Below are positions 24,216 to 36,157 of a stretch of 64,000 bases of DNA, piece by piece. Numbering within the stretch: position 1 is the first letter of the stretch; each line of letters opens with the position of its first letter. A program made the translations under genes and the position numbers. The stretch is from Hydrolagus colliei (taxonomy: Eukaryota), in contig CM068755.1 in assembly GCA_035084275.1 (NCBI GenBank), positions 12,586,001 to 12,650,000 on the forward strand, in the 5' to 3' direction. Below the pieces are notes generated by a model. That model had not been told where the DNA came from. It worked only from the letters and a program-made list of their open reading frames with translations, and made no database searches.

Positions 24216-25849
24216 ACCATCGCAAAGAAGTGTCGTGCTTGTCACCAAAGTAACTTAAGAAAAATAGCAACAATTGAATTTGTTCCATTTATGCTATTCA
24301 TTCAAATAAAAATATATATATTTACCTGGGCATTTATCATATGTTAAGTTTTAGACCCATGTTGCCTCATTTTGTTTCCAAACATAAAACTTGGACTGAT
24401 TCAATGTAGTGTTCAGATATGTGTTCAGAAGCATACAGGACGGGGCAATTTGTATCTAGTAACGGAATAATAGCAGCTGAATAATAATTACAAACCATAG
24501 TAAAAACCAAATAATATTAAATAGGGGCAAAGGGTATATATAACAAATGCTGGGTCCCAATTCATTACTTGTCTGAACAATTCTTAAGACAGCCAACAAA
24601 TCCTCAAATTAACTATTTTAAGCTAGTGGAGAGAGAAAAAAAACTTGTTGAACAACAAAGAATTCTGGAAAAAAACGGAAATTCTGTAATGCCCCCACCA
24701 TCCCCTCCTCCCGCCGTGCTGTAACAGCAGTCTAAACAAACAGGGACAGTAACGGTAGCAATTAATTTCACTTGTATTTTTTTCTTTCAAAAGAGGTAAT
24801 GCTAGATATGAATCATATACTCGAACAGCAATAAAAATAGCCCGAAAGCCATTTTCTGTGGATTCTGCTACTGATTTGGAGGCAGATTAAAAACAAGGAT
24901 AAAATAAATCTCCCGAGAATGGTGTTCTACTTAATACAATATTACTGTATGTTGTAAATTTTCTTTTAAATCTATAAAAGTAGAATATGGCAATAATCCT
25001 TGCGATTGTGAAATTATTTGCATTTCCTTTTCCTTTCTTGTTTTCTAATATCACACTCGCAGGATTACACTTGATGCATGGTCGGCAGTTTCCAGCTTTA
25101 TAGCAAATGTAATTTACAGAAATAGATAGAATATGTCCATATAAAAAAAATTTAAAGTAATAAATAGATAGAATACTTATTAACTTCACAGTTTACCTTG
25201 TAATCTCTGCCCTGATTAAAACGTACACTTAGAAAGCACATTAAAGCACAGTCAAAGATATGCTATTCACCATATAAAAACGTATCCCTTACTTGTCTCT
25301 CCTTTATATAAAGAAAGGCTGATTGAAGGCATATGACAATTTAAACATCATATTTGATTGCATTGAATGTTCGGTCTTTGAAGTATTCTTCTCTGGAGCT
25401 CAGTAACACATATAAAAGTGCTTTGCCATCTCATTTTGACGGCTTTAAGTTCGAAAGCAAATCATCTTAGCACTGTATGAAAACGAAGCGTCAGTCAAGC
25501 TGCCTTTGCCTGTCACACGCTAAACCTAATATCCATATTAATTACAGGATTAACTGAAAGTAATCAGTTTGTTTAACATTGACTATCGATGGGAAAACTT
25601 AAGGGGAAGTATACTAGGACAACTTGAATTGCCTTGTCCAACCGAACGAACATGGTAGGCTTAGATATATATACACCTATACAGTATAACATATCATATT
25701 CACTTCACACCTTCGTACCCTAGATTATTTTGATTAAGGAGCAAGGAGGGTGAATCATAGGGAATTCCTTCTTTCTTTTTTTGGCCAAAGCTCTGGCTTC
25801 TGATGTTTGAAACGATGTCAGTGTGTGGCAAGGTGTTATCCCTGGGCCC

Positions 25850-25975
25850 ATGCCATTAGACGCATGAGTTTTATCGGAACAGCTGTGGGACTCCGTTTCT
25901 TCCACCTGCGAAGTTCGCCAACGTGAAATGCGCGCTGGAGAGGTATATTTAATGGCATACAGCCTGCGTTTGAGT
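25850..25975 (+). promoter_or_regulatory. Putative core promoter of a + strand spliced transcript
   Basis: Local CpG/GC peak; TATA-like TATATTTAA (25944-25952) about 30 bp upstream of TGAGT (25971-25975); GC-box-like CCGCCC just downstream; strong donor at 26347/26348. Confidence 0.4.
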
Positions 25976-26064
25976 GTGAGCGTCTCTTCCGTGACCACCG
26001 CCCCCATCTCGCCCCCCTCCCCCCCGGATCAGCAGCGTCCAGGATCACATCCAATTTGTATTTG

Positions 26065-26090
26065 TATATATATCTATATAGATATATATA
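26065..26090. repeat. Perfect 26-bp AT-rich palindrome
   Basis: TATATATATCTATATAGATATATATA equals its own reverse complement. Confidence 0.95.
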
Positions 26091-26212
26091 TATTTATATC
26101 AACTGCCTTGGAGATATGTGCAGCGCTGAGCGACAGAGATGGGGGGAGGGAGGATAAAAAGTTGAACATATTTTTTTCCCTCCCCCTTACCCCCCCTCCC
26201 CCCTCCCTTCAG

Positions 26213-26347
26213 GAAAGTCTACATCACTTTACTTGGCCAACGTAAAGCGTGACACAAATACATAGGGCGGTGGTAGACACTCTGTGTAAACAAACAGAGG
26301 GAATGGGTTCTCAAGACATGGAACCAGTGAAGAGTTGACCGAGCCAG
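26213..26347 (+). other. Putative non-coding 5' exon (or 3' part of a first exon starting near 25973) containing an 11-codon uORF
   Basis: Branch-like CTTAC (26186-26190), long pyrimidine tract, CAG acceptor ending at 26212, donor CAG|GTGAGA. uORF 26303-26338 MGSQDMEPVKS* with G at -3 and +4. Confidence 0.55.
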
Positions 26348-26872
26348 GTGAGAGCAAAACGTGAGACAAACTAAAAGGCAAGAGTGAGTGAGTGTCAGAA
26401 TAGATGGGAGGAGGAGGCAGACGAACCACGGGGTACGGGGGTGAAGTTAAGAGCGAGGAGAGCAAAGCTATCTCCCATAATCAGTACTCATTAATTTGTT
26501 TTGAGGATATCGTATTAGTCATGGAGCGTGCTTCGAGTGTGTGAGCTGATTAGAGCAGGGCAGTGTTTAGTGAGGGTTTCCGAGATGGGAGAAGGCTGCA
26601 CGATTGAGTGGAGGAAAGCTGATTACATCAAGGAATTCTGTTTACCTGTCATTTTAGGCTTTGGGCCATCTGATCAGAACCGCACAGACCATGTGAATTT
26701 ACTCCCCCCCCCCCCCCCCCCCACCCACCTTTATATTTTGTTGTTGCCATTTTTGTTTCTGTGGGTGCTTCCTGACTCTCAGTAACCTGTCATAACCTGT
26801 AATAGAATGCTTCTTGACAGGAATTAAACTCTATCGACCATCAGATTCATTTCCAACTGACAGACCATTGCG

Positions 26873-26932
26873 TATGTGTGTGTGTGTGTGTATGTGTGTG
26901 TGTGTATATGAGCAAAAGAGAGAGAGAGAGAG
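26873..26932. repeat. (TG)n and (AG)n microsatellites
   Basis: Read directly from the sequence. Confidence 0.95.
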
Positions 26933-27201
26933 AAATTCACGTATTTTACATGCCTGGGGCTTTATTTTTAAATCAAAATGGAATATAAATAAAGCAGTGA
27001 CGCCCTTCACAAAGAAACACTGGCGGAGCATGAGAGGCCGAGGTTCAAGTTGCCTGTATTGATCACTTTTTTTTTACAACGTTGCTACAGAGAAGCTAAC
27101 GAATTAGCATTAGATTTGTGCTATTCAATCTGATGTCCCTTTCTGTGTGTGTGTGTGTGTGGGTAGACGAGGCATCTCACTCGTGTATTTTCTTCCTGCA
27201 G

Positions 27202-27272
27202 ATATCAAAGGTCTTCTGGTCAAGCCGATGGGAGGTCATTCTAATAATACCCAAGGTCACTTCTGGGAGCCA
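27202..27272 (+). other. Putative 71-nt internal exon
   Basis: Branch point CTCAC (27176-27180), TTTTCTTCCTGCAG acceptor and CA|GTGAGT donor. An ATG at 27228 stays open to the donor (MGGHSNNTQGHFWEP); I do not recognise this peptide. Confidence 0.6.
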
Positions 27273-27417
27273 GTGAGTCTCACGATCATTTTTCATTTGC
27301 TCGCAGCATTAAATGACAGTTTGCAAGGGACTGGACTTGGTAGGCAATGTGCATGTGATGTCACCAGCACATGCCACTAGATTATAGGACAAGCAAGGGA
27401 CAGGTCTGTGGGTTAAA

Positions 27418-27485
27418 AGGGGGATGGGGGGTGGGGGTGGGGTGGGGGAGGGGGGATAGGGGAGGGTGGGAGGCGGGGGGGAGGG
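27418..27485 (+). repeat. G-run array with G-quadruplex potential
   Basis: More than ten runs of at least 3 G separated by short loops. Confidence 0.85.
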
Positions 27486-28084
27486 AAAAAAAACATCAAA
27501 AGGGGATATATGGTGGCACCCAACGCATCGTTTGTAGCATGTCTGCAGTTGTGTGCAAGTCCACAAGACATGGTGCTGTTTATTTTGGTGCGAGTCAAGC
27601 CTTTGTTTGGCGTTGGTCCAGAATTTCTAACGCTTGGCTATTGGTACCATGGTTAAAAGTCAACACAGTTCAGTGGTTGGGTCTCGGGGGGAAAAACAAA
27701 CGCCGGGAGTGTTGTCTGAGCATTTATCTCATAAAGAGTTTCAGCAGACATCCGCCAGAACATCCCTGGGACTCCCTATTCCTTCCTGTCCTGCCCAAGC
27801 CGAAAAAGACAATGCGAGACTTCAGGCTTCATTGCCCTCTTCAATGTTTGATTTACATTTCGACTGTAATTAAACTGTTGAAAACAAAAAAAATGCAGAC
27901 AAATTCCAGCTGAACTTAGATCTGCTTCTCCCCTGCCTTCGTGGCCCTTCATTAGATACTTTCTTTCCAGAGCACGAGGTCAGGGAGTATAAATATAAAT
28001 TGCATTTTGCATTACTTCTAGATGAGTGAAGCTGTCAAAGCAATAATACTAGCTTTCAGTCCCACTTTCTGCCACTTCTTTCCC

Positions 28085-28400
28085 ATTTTTCGGCCAGCGG
28101 GTCATGCACAAATTAAAACTGACAGCCCAGCCGGCATGTCCAACAGACTTATATTGTTATAGCTCTCTGTCGTGGCACAGATCTCAGATCACAGCCTCAG
28201 CCTGTCTCCATGTCCCCAGTGCCTGCTGGAGATACTGCCAGCCTTTGAGGAAGCGCTGAAGCAAAGAGCCCAAACGTGCTTGAGCATGTGGCCATTAACG
28301 GTGATATGGAGAGCAACAACTTTTGTTGGGACTCAATAAGGGTAGTCCACTCTGACGCCTTGTATCTCCGAGCCACCTCAGAAATAACCAACCGACTGTC
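28085..28400. promoter_or_regulatory. Candidate enhancer / conserved non-coding element
   Basis: Unique, GC-balanced intronic block with AATTAA, TGACAG and CCATTAA motifs; no convincing ORF. Confidence 0.3.
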
Positions 28401-30244
28401 TGGTCCTACCCTGTCGAAATGGAATATTACTTCAAAACAGTGGCAATTGAAAAAATGTTACTTAATTAAAGAAGATGGCATTGACATCCAGCATGCTTCC
28501 CATTTCACAACGCGTTCAATTTCATTACATCGTTCTCTTTCTTTTTTTAAAAAAACACACACCGAAAGACTCCCTACGGAATCTTATTTTTGGTCTGCAA
28601 AGCTTTCTTCATCCCAGCTTCTTTGAAATGCTGCAGTGGATTCTATGATTCTCGAACTGAATTTACTATCTATCAGTTCCTATCCGGGGGCAGAGTGAAT
28701 CGGCCAAGGAAAAAAACTTGTCTGTTTAATACAACAACAACAACAATAAAATGTCTATAAATGTTGCATTTATTGGTATTCACGTGAGTTATCATTTGCT
28801 GGAAAATGCAACTTCCTTAACTTACTGAGTCCACTCATGCTGTTAATGTTGTCACCCAATGCATTTCCAGTTACATTATAGAGACATCAGAGGGAACCAT
28901 GTTGATGAGGAATAATTTGCCTTTTTTTTTACTCCAGGTGGGATGTCTCGCCTACTACAGACACAGTTGACCGATGTTCTTCCAAGTAACCTTAAGGAAG
29001 CAACAACAGTAATTGAAAATGTACTTTAATCTATTACTAAAGATTGCTTAAAACTATTCTTTCACTGGCACAGAGACACACACACACACACAAACACACA
29101 TATATAATATTTATATTGTAAGTATCCTCGACTTTCTGTTTCATTTGTGTTTGTGTACTTTACTTTAATTAGACACTTCACACTTCTCAACGCGTCCGTT
29201 TGTTCCAAATATATATAGAGATGATTGATAGCCATCCTTTCCAAAGTTAGATATTTGCTGTAGAAGTATAATTTTGGCAGTCTGTGGGTAAACGTGCCCG
29301 AATATGAAATAGTAAGACTCTTGTTGACGAATTGATAAATTGTACTTAGAATTGGCAAGCGTTGGGAAAATTAAACGATTGCCACCTCATAACAGTTGGC
29401 AGTTGGAAAATTTCGCCACTATTTTTTAAAAAAAGTATGACAAGTTTGCACAAGACATATAGTCACGGCGAAACTTCAAGTGTGAATATATACATGTTTT
29501 AATTGAATGAGTGGTGAGTACCTCTAGAATATCAGTCATCCTCTTGTCATATTTCTGCACCACATTACCTTCCAGTTTCAGGTATCTGTTCAATGCCACA
29601 GTGCTCTCTCTATAACTGGTGTTCAAATGAAAACGCTAATTGTTTGGGAGGAAAAAGCACTGTTAAATTTACAATGACAACTCAGAATATATTAAAACAA
29701 TTGTACTGTTCGTTTCTGAGTACGATGTCCACCCCAGTTACATTATAATACAAATACCAGTGATCAATCTCTTCGTATCTGTAGTGAAAACTAAAAATAT
29801 CCAACACTTAAGAGTGTACATCCCAAATTAGACTAGAAAGGCCTATATCAAAATTGTTTTACAAATCTGTACAGCAACAGAGGTAACTATAAATGTAACG
29901 GTTCTAAGCATAACGAGGTAATAATGCTGGTGATATGAATATCACTTCAACATTATCAATAATTATGATTAGCTTTGATGTTTTTCTGTCCTGTTGTTTC
30001 TTTTGCAATATTTGTTTTGCTTATTCTATCACTGGAGAATGCTCATAAATTATCTACTGAGCTTCAGGAGCTGAATTAGAGTTAAGAGTTAAATTTCAAA
30101 ATCAACTGAAAAATCTTGCGTTACAGTGATAATACCCACCCTAACAGGGTTGAATAACCCATTCTTGCAAGGGTTTCCTGTGATATGACAACCACTGGAA
30201 CTGTTTAAAGAAAAAAAAGTTACGTTTTTTATACATTAAAACTC

Positions 30245-30545
30245 GAAAATGTGTCAAAGGCAATTAGAATTATTTGCAACTGTTTGAAATGAGGCGTCAT
30301 GGTGAGGTTATCACTTTCAGTAGAGCAGGCTGTTTATTTAGTTGCACTGGTGACGGCTTCAGACGTATTCCAGTCTCAAGCTGGACTCGATATGGGACAT
30401 CAGAATTGGTTAACGTTTTTGGCGGCACATGGCGAGGAAGGGAGGGAGGGAGGGAGGGGAGGGGAGGGAAGGAACCAACCGCGCACACAATCACTCCAAT
30501 CATGTAAACATAGTTTATTAAGATGTTTAGACAAATATTGTAAGT
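30245..30545. promoter_or_regulatory. Candidate enhancer / conserved non-coding element
   Basis: Unique block with forkhead-type TGTTTATTT and GTAAACA motifs and an AATTA core, split by a (GGGA)n run. Confidence 0.3.
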
Positions 30546-31219
30546 GACATCCGTTCATGAAACTCTGGTTTCCTCTCAATATAAGCGTTTGGGATGCTTC
30601 TTCGAGTCTTGGCAAACGTTACTACCGCAGTGCAAAAACATCAGAAGCACTCTATGTAAGATACACAAATTTGATAAATCACTTCAATTTATGGCCTTTA
30701 TGTACTCTGGTGTGTAGGCGTAAAAACAATGTGTCGTCCAACACTGATAAGTTCCTTCAATTATGTGTTACGGTTTTGTTAGTTTCCACCAAAAGCTGAT
30801 GAATGATTTTGTTCATCAAGTGATAGGTTCATTTCTTTTAAAAATATATAATGGTACTAAACAATTTGACACCCAGAAATACACCAATATAATTTGAACG
30901 TTTGGTTTTCTTTTTTTGTTAACCCCCCCCCTAAAAATCTATAAACTCTTCTAAATTTCCATCAAAGGCAATATATTTATTTCGTGAAACTCGTCATTCA
31001 CGCCAAAGTGGACATTTATTAAGTGCATAACGAGGTTGGGGTTTGCAAGACAGGAACACCAATTGAAATGGCTTTTGACAATCAACCACAAGAGGTGCAG
31101 TAGTATCTAGTGTTGAAACCCATGGGCGTTAATGCAGCTGTGATCAAGTCTGCAGTTCAAACGTTAGCAAATGCACAAGTACTGTACAGTATAAAGACAT
31201 TTCACTTTGTGTTAACAAA

Positions 31220-31300
31220 ATAATAACGATCCTTGCATTTGGTATGACGCCTTTCACGTCGACAGGACGTCCCCAAAGGGCATCACATGATTTATTGTGG
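31220..31300 (-). mobile_element. DeuSINE/L2-type 3' fragment
   Basis: ATCCTTGCATTTGGTATGACGCCTTTCACGTCGACAGGACGTCCCCAAAG. Confidence 0.75.
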
Positions 31301-31544
31301 AGATACTGTGTACTTGTGGACGAAAGTGTTATTGCAAAGGTATATTTGCTTCTGGGTTGAATATCGTTCATGAGAAAGTTACCCCAAAAAACACTTTTCA
31401 ATACAGATTTTTTTTAAATGTTTGATGCTATTGTTATATTTTCCAATTAAAACATGTTTTTATTTGATCTACTTTGATGTTCGGCCATTTGTTCTCTGCC
31501 CATTCTCTTTCTTTAGTTTGCTGTGTGTATGTGGGAGGTTTCTA

Positions 31545-32070
31545 GCAATTTAACGAAACCATGCTAAATGCTGACATCTCACGCAAAAGTCTTGCACTGG
31601 TGAATGTTCATTACCTGCTGTTTAAGCTGCCGATTTGCATAAATAGTCCATGGTGCAAATAACAACTGTCGCCATTTTTAACTTTCATCGCTGAGATGAA
31701 GAAACCTATTGTTCGCAGCAATGTTGCAAAAGTAGTTAAACTCCAGTCTACCTGTTGCTTGTATAATTAGAAACTGTTATCTCAGAATCACCTTCATACA
31801 ATTGCACACATAAGTCCCCTCCCCCCCCCCCATCACTTAATGCAAGTTCACTAAATGTCATCACCTTGCCATGCGGTGTGCAGACAAGGAGTTGGAAGTC
31901 TTTAAGTGAAATTTCTTCTGCAAAAGAGCACACTGAGCCGAAACCTAAACTATGAACCAAAGCAATGACCTAACCAAAGGTACAGAGGTAATCAGATTAT
32001 CTCATGTCAGGGAAAGCATTTGGGGGGATGAACCGCTACTGGTGAAGACTTTCGCTTGCTCTCTTCAGGT
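31545..32070. promoter_or_regulatory. Candidate enhancer / conserved non-coding element (POU and SOX motifs)
   Basis: Octamer ATTTGCAT (31633-31640), SOX CCTATTGTT (31705-31713), TAATTA, and paired TAATC/GATTA sites near 31990. Confidence 0.4.
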
Positions 32071-33314
32071 AGTCTTTCCCGAAGAGGGAGGAGGAGACAT
32101 GCGGAAGGACATTCATTGCATCTAACCCAGCCCTGAGTGTAAAAATGGGGGGGGGGGGGGGGGAGGGGAGATGACAAATTTGATGGTCTGTTGCTAATCC
32201 AGAGTAGAATATGAACTCTTATTGATGTATTATTTGATCACAGGTGTCGTCGCAATCAACGCATTCGATTTCAAATGATTGCATAATCTGGATTATTTAG
32301 CGAATGAAAAACTCAATGACGTGCATACCTTGACGTGCAAATAACATTTCGAAACTCACATTTTCACTTGTTGGAGTTCCACCCTACCTCCCCACCACCC
32401 GCCAAACTTATTGAGTCATCCTCTAGACGTATTTGTGTAAAATGTGCAAAACCAAATCAGACAGAGTAGTCAAGGTACATATTAATTTCTTCATTCAAAC
32501 AGGTCCTTTTAACATCTCCGCTGGGTTGGTGTGAATTTTGATTTCCATTTATATTGCTGAAGGCGAAAGATACTTTTCAGATGTATTCACATCACTTTCA
32601 CTTCCCTTCCTTCGTCCTTCATTTGCCGCTTTCTTTATGCTAAACGTTTTATTGCAACTTTTTTAAAATTCCTTCACGTCCTTCCTTTAAGAAGAATTGG
32701 CACTTGTACATCCTATTCTTTCTTTCTATCTATCTATCACCGCTCGCCCTATTTCTAATTATCCTCCTTTCAACATTTTTTTTCATTAAACATTAACCCT
32801 ATGGGCTCTGAAGTATTTCTATTTAGCTCCAATATGAAAGCTGCTGTCCATCACGCGTTGTCTTTTAACGCAGGTTTCTTGAAGCTGATTGTCCACTAGA
32901 CCAATTTGTAATACAACTGGAATAGGGACATATGGAATGTGCCTGAACCACAATTAAACGTGAAGAATTATTTTTAGATGATACCACATACGGAAATACA
33001 ATCCACTAGTTCAACAGTGGCATTGCAATATTGAAAGTTGTAATCTCATATACTTTTTTTCTAAAACAAATTGTACATCACCAAAATGCGACAATAATAA
33101 ATTCCTAAACCAAGCGTCCTCGTGGTTGGATTCCTTGGTTTAACACATTAATGAAAATCAATATAAACGCAGAGTTCGATGCGTGATCCACTGGGAAATA
33201 CCAAGTGTATTGCTGTTGGAACAAATTCAAAAGCATCAGAATTATTCGCGTAAATGATATTAATTAACAGTTCTGACATTTGCGTCGTTTCGGGACTACA
33301 AACTTTGTTCTTGC

Positions 33315-33492
33315 GTGTGTGTGTGTGTGTGTGTGTGGCGGTCACCCTTTAAGAAACAAGGTTTGAGTTTGTAGATAGAGGGATTCCTCTGAAGTCAATT
33401 AGCGCAGCGAAAACTTAGCTAATTCACCTGAAAAAAAGGAATGTCAGTCCCCTTGGACCATTTCAGGGGTAATTCAGTGACACTGATCTGAA

Positions 33493-33527
<35 letters not shown>
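33315..33527. repeat. (GT)n at 33315-33336 and (CA)n at 33496-33527
   Basis: Read directly from the sequence. Confidence 0.95.
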
Positions 33528-33529
<2 letters not shown>

Positions 33530-34029
33530 AGTACAAATAAAAGGATATCTTTCAAAAGATGTACCACGTCTTCACAGGCGAACATTTCAATTAACATTTT
33601 TGCAGCTGTCACCCATGACAACGGTGTCCCCTTAGGATTTAAATGCATGAAACACCTATACTATTGTCATATCGGTGTGCTAACCATTGCGAATGGTTCA
33701 ATGGAAAATTAAAAGGGTTAAAGTATCAAACTGACCATTGTGAATAAAACTACTGCGTGGAACCACACATTGTGTTTCATAATAGAAAACAATTTCCATG
33801 CGAAGTGAATTCAAGTGAACAAATCTAATCGAGCTCACATTAGATAAATACGCCTGTTTACTTCATATTCAGAGTTTGAATTGGTCGCATATTCATAAAA
33901 GTGAAACAGACTATCGAATATTATAGAGTTTTCGCTGTAAGCACACTGCTCTGTTTATTCTTTGAACTCCCAAAGTACTCTTTTGTGCGTGGAGTTTTAT
34001 TGAAATATAAAGTGCACCTGATAGGGCAT

Positions 34030-34290
34030 GGTTTCGCTGTGTGAATGGGTCTGAGCCGGCTATCCTACACTGTCAAACATGTGCAGTGCAAATGCTTTCC
34101 TTGCTGAATGCCGAGTCTCTCTTGCTGATTAATAGCGAACCGCTGAAGGCAGCCAGGCGTGAGACTATTAGAAAAAAAATTAAACAGCTTGTGGTAGAGG
34201 TTTGCCACAGACAACAAAACTACGATGCTGGGCAATAATTTAATGGCAATGTCAACTACAAAAACTGGCCATCAATCAAAGCTGGGCTTT
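34030..34290. promoter_or_regulatory. Candidate enhancer / conserved non-coding element
   Basis: CTGTCA (MEIS), TGATTAAT and ATCAATCA (PBX-HOX type), TTAATGG and ATCAAAG (TCF) within about 250 bp. Confidence 0.4.
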
Positions 34291-35159
34291 ATCTCTCTCT
34301 CTCTTCTATCTTACCTTTCTCAGATTTTCTCTTTCTCTTCTCTGCCAACTCAACCTCTTCCTTCCTTTTCTGCGTATTATTCTATTTGTCATGTGTGCTA
34401 TTTTCTTCTTCTTTATTAGTATTATTATCTTGTACTTTCTGGATCTGTTTCTCCCGTTCAGTCCTTTTAATTGCTCAAACCTTTCCTTTGATAGTTGTTC
34501 GCTCTCTTTTCCCTGGTCACGTTCAATATATATTACTTATTTCTTATATTCCCATCTGAATTTGATACCATTAGATGTACTTCTGTCTCTAACTTGTAAT
34601 GTTCCCCCCCCCCCCCCCCACCCCCGCATTCTCACAAATGTTTTAGGTTATTTCCTGTAACAAAGTTTCCATCTTTCTCACTGATATTTCAATGGCATCC
34701 ACAAGCCTCAGTGTGGGCTGTGAAGTAAATTGATTTACAAACAAACGCAGCGAATAAATCGACCAAAAGGGGGATTTGTATTTGTATTTGCCTCGACGCT
34801 CCTGAAACTCCATACTTCAAGTGCATCGATATCACGCCGCACAGAAAGTCACTTTGCGCGCAAAACAAACTTCTCCAACTTATTTAACTTGATTGAGCGC
34901 TAATTTAGAAAACACAAAGATCGATCGATCCTCCCTTCCTCCCACAAAACAAAATGCATATATTTGATATCGAAGCTATGGAACATGCTGTGTGTGGCAG
35001 AACATATTCACATGACCGCAAACAAGACTCAAGTCATCTTCATCTTCCATGTAATCATTTGGAAATAATTTGTTTCCCCCCCCCCCCCATCCCCCTTATT
35101 CCAGAAATATGTGCAGTAAAATAAACACACACAGAGAGAAAATCTTACTCAGCGTGCTC

Positions 35160-35420
35160 GAGTGCAAAATATATCTTCTCTGTGCGTAAATAATATTGGG
35201 TTCTTCAAAGGTAAAGTCTGTCGCCTTTCCAGGCAAACATTGCTAACGATTAGCATTATTGAAGCGATTGACCTTGATTCGGTTTGGTCTTGAGCGGATG
35301 TCTGCAAACGCATAATCAAGACAAGTTCTGGAGAATTACAGTCACCTGCACCCACATAGCGCATTGTGAATGGAGACAAGGCTGTCAACTTTTATTATTG
35401 TTGCAAAACACACAGGCTTA
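35160..35420. promoter_or_regulatory. Candidate enhancer with perfect ERR/NR5A-type element
   Basis: TGACCTTGA (TCAAGGTCA on the minus strand) at 35269-35277; inverted repeat TGCTAA-cga-TTAGCA at 35241-35255; CATTGT and CTGTCA motifs. Confidence 0.4.
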
Positions 35421-36091
35421 CTGTAATAGCAAACTGTGCATCGGATTCCTAAAGTTGGCATCATTTGGTGTCTGTGTGTGAATGCACATCTATTGTTACC
35501 GGTGTAACTCGTCAGTAAAAATGTCTTTGCAAAACACTTTATTTTTTTTACCGGCCACCGACTTCTTTCAATCATCATTTGGAGTTTTGGAATTGCGACT
35601 GTGTCTGCTATACAGTACTTTCAACCACACGTCTTCGACCTTATTTATGCGAGTGGGAATTAATCAATGAAAATGAAAGACAACTCAAAAGTGATACGTC
35701 TCGAACGCAACACGTGTTGGGTGGGTGGGTGAGTTACTGAGTTAGTGGAGGAAACTTTACTTCGGCCTTTATTTTCGTATGCCATTTAACGCGATTCCCA
35801 ATTTCCGCTAACTCGAGCTCTGATTGTCGAAAGGCAGGGAAGAGCTTAGCTTCTCACAGAGACCCGACTTCCCAACCGCCAGAGATGCGGGTGAGAATAG
35901 TACTTTCCAAACTCACTCACCCAAGTGCATCAAAATGCAGCCCAGTTACAGAACTCAATTTTATTTTATTTTCATTATGAATCCGCTGATCTTGTTTTGA
36001 AATGCGAATCAGTTACCCCGTAAGCCTTCAAACGTGTGAAATTTGAAAGATCTCAAGAAGCAATCTCGGTCTGGCTGACCCCCTGACAGCT

Positions 36092-36156
<65 letters not shown>

Positions 36157-36157
36157 C
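36092..36157. repeat. (CT)n followed by poly-C
   Basis: Read directly from the sequence. Confidence 0.95.

Noticed and set aside
27371-27913. Longest ORF (180 aa)
   Set aside because: It stays open because of the G-tract, lies in a predicted intron and resembles no protein I know.
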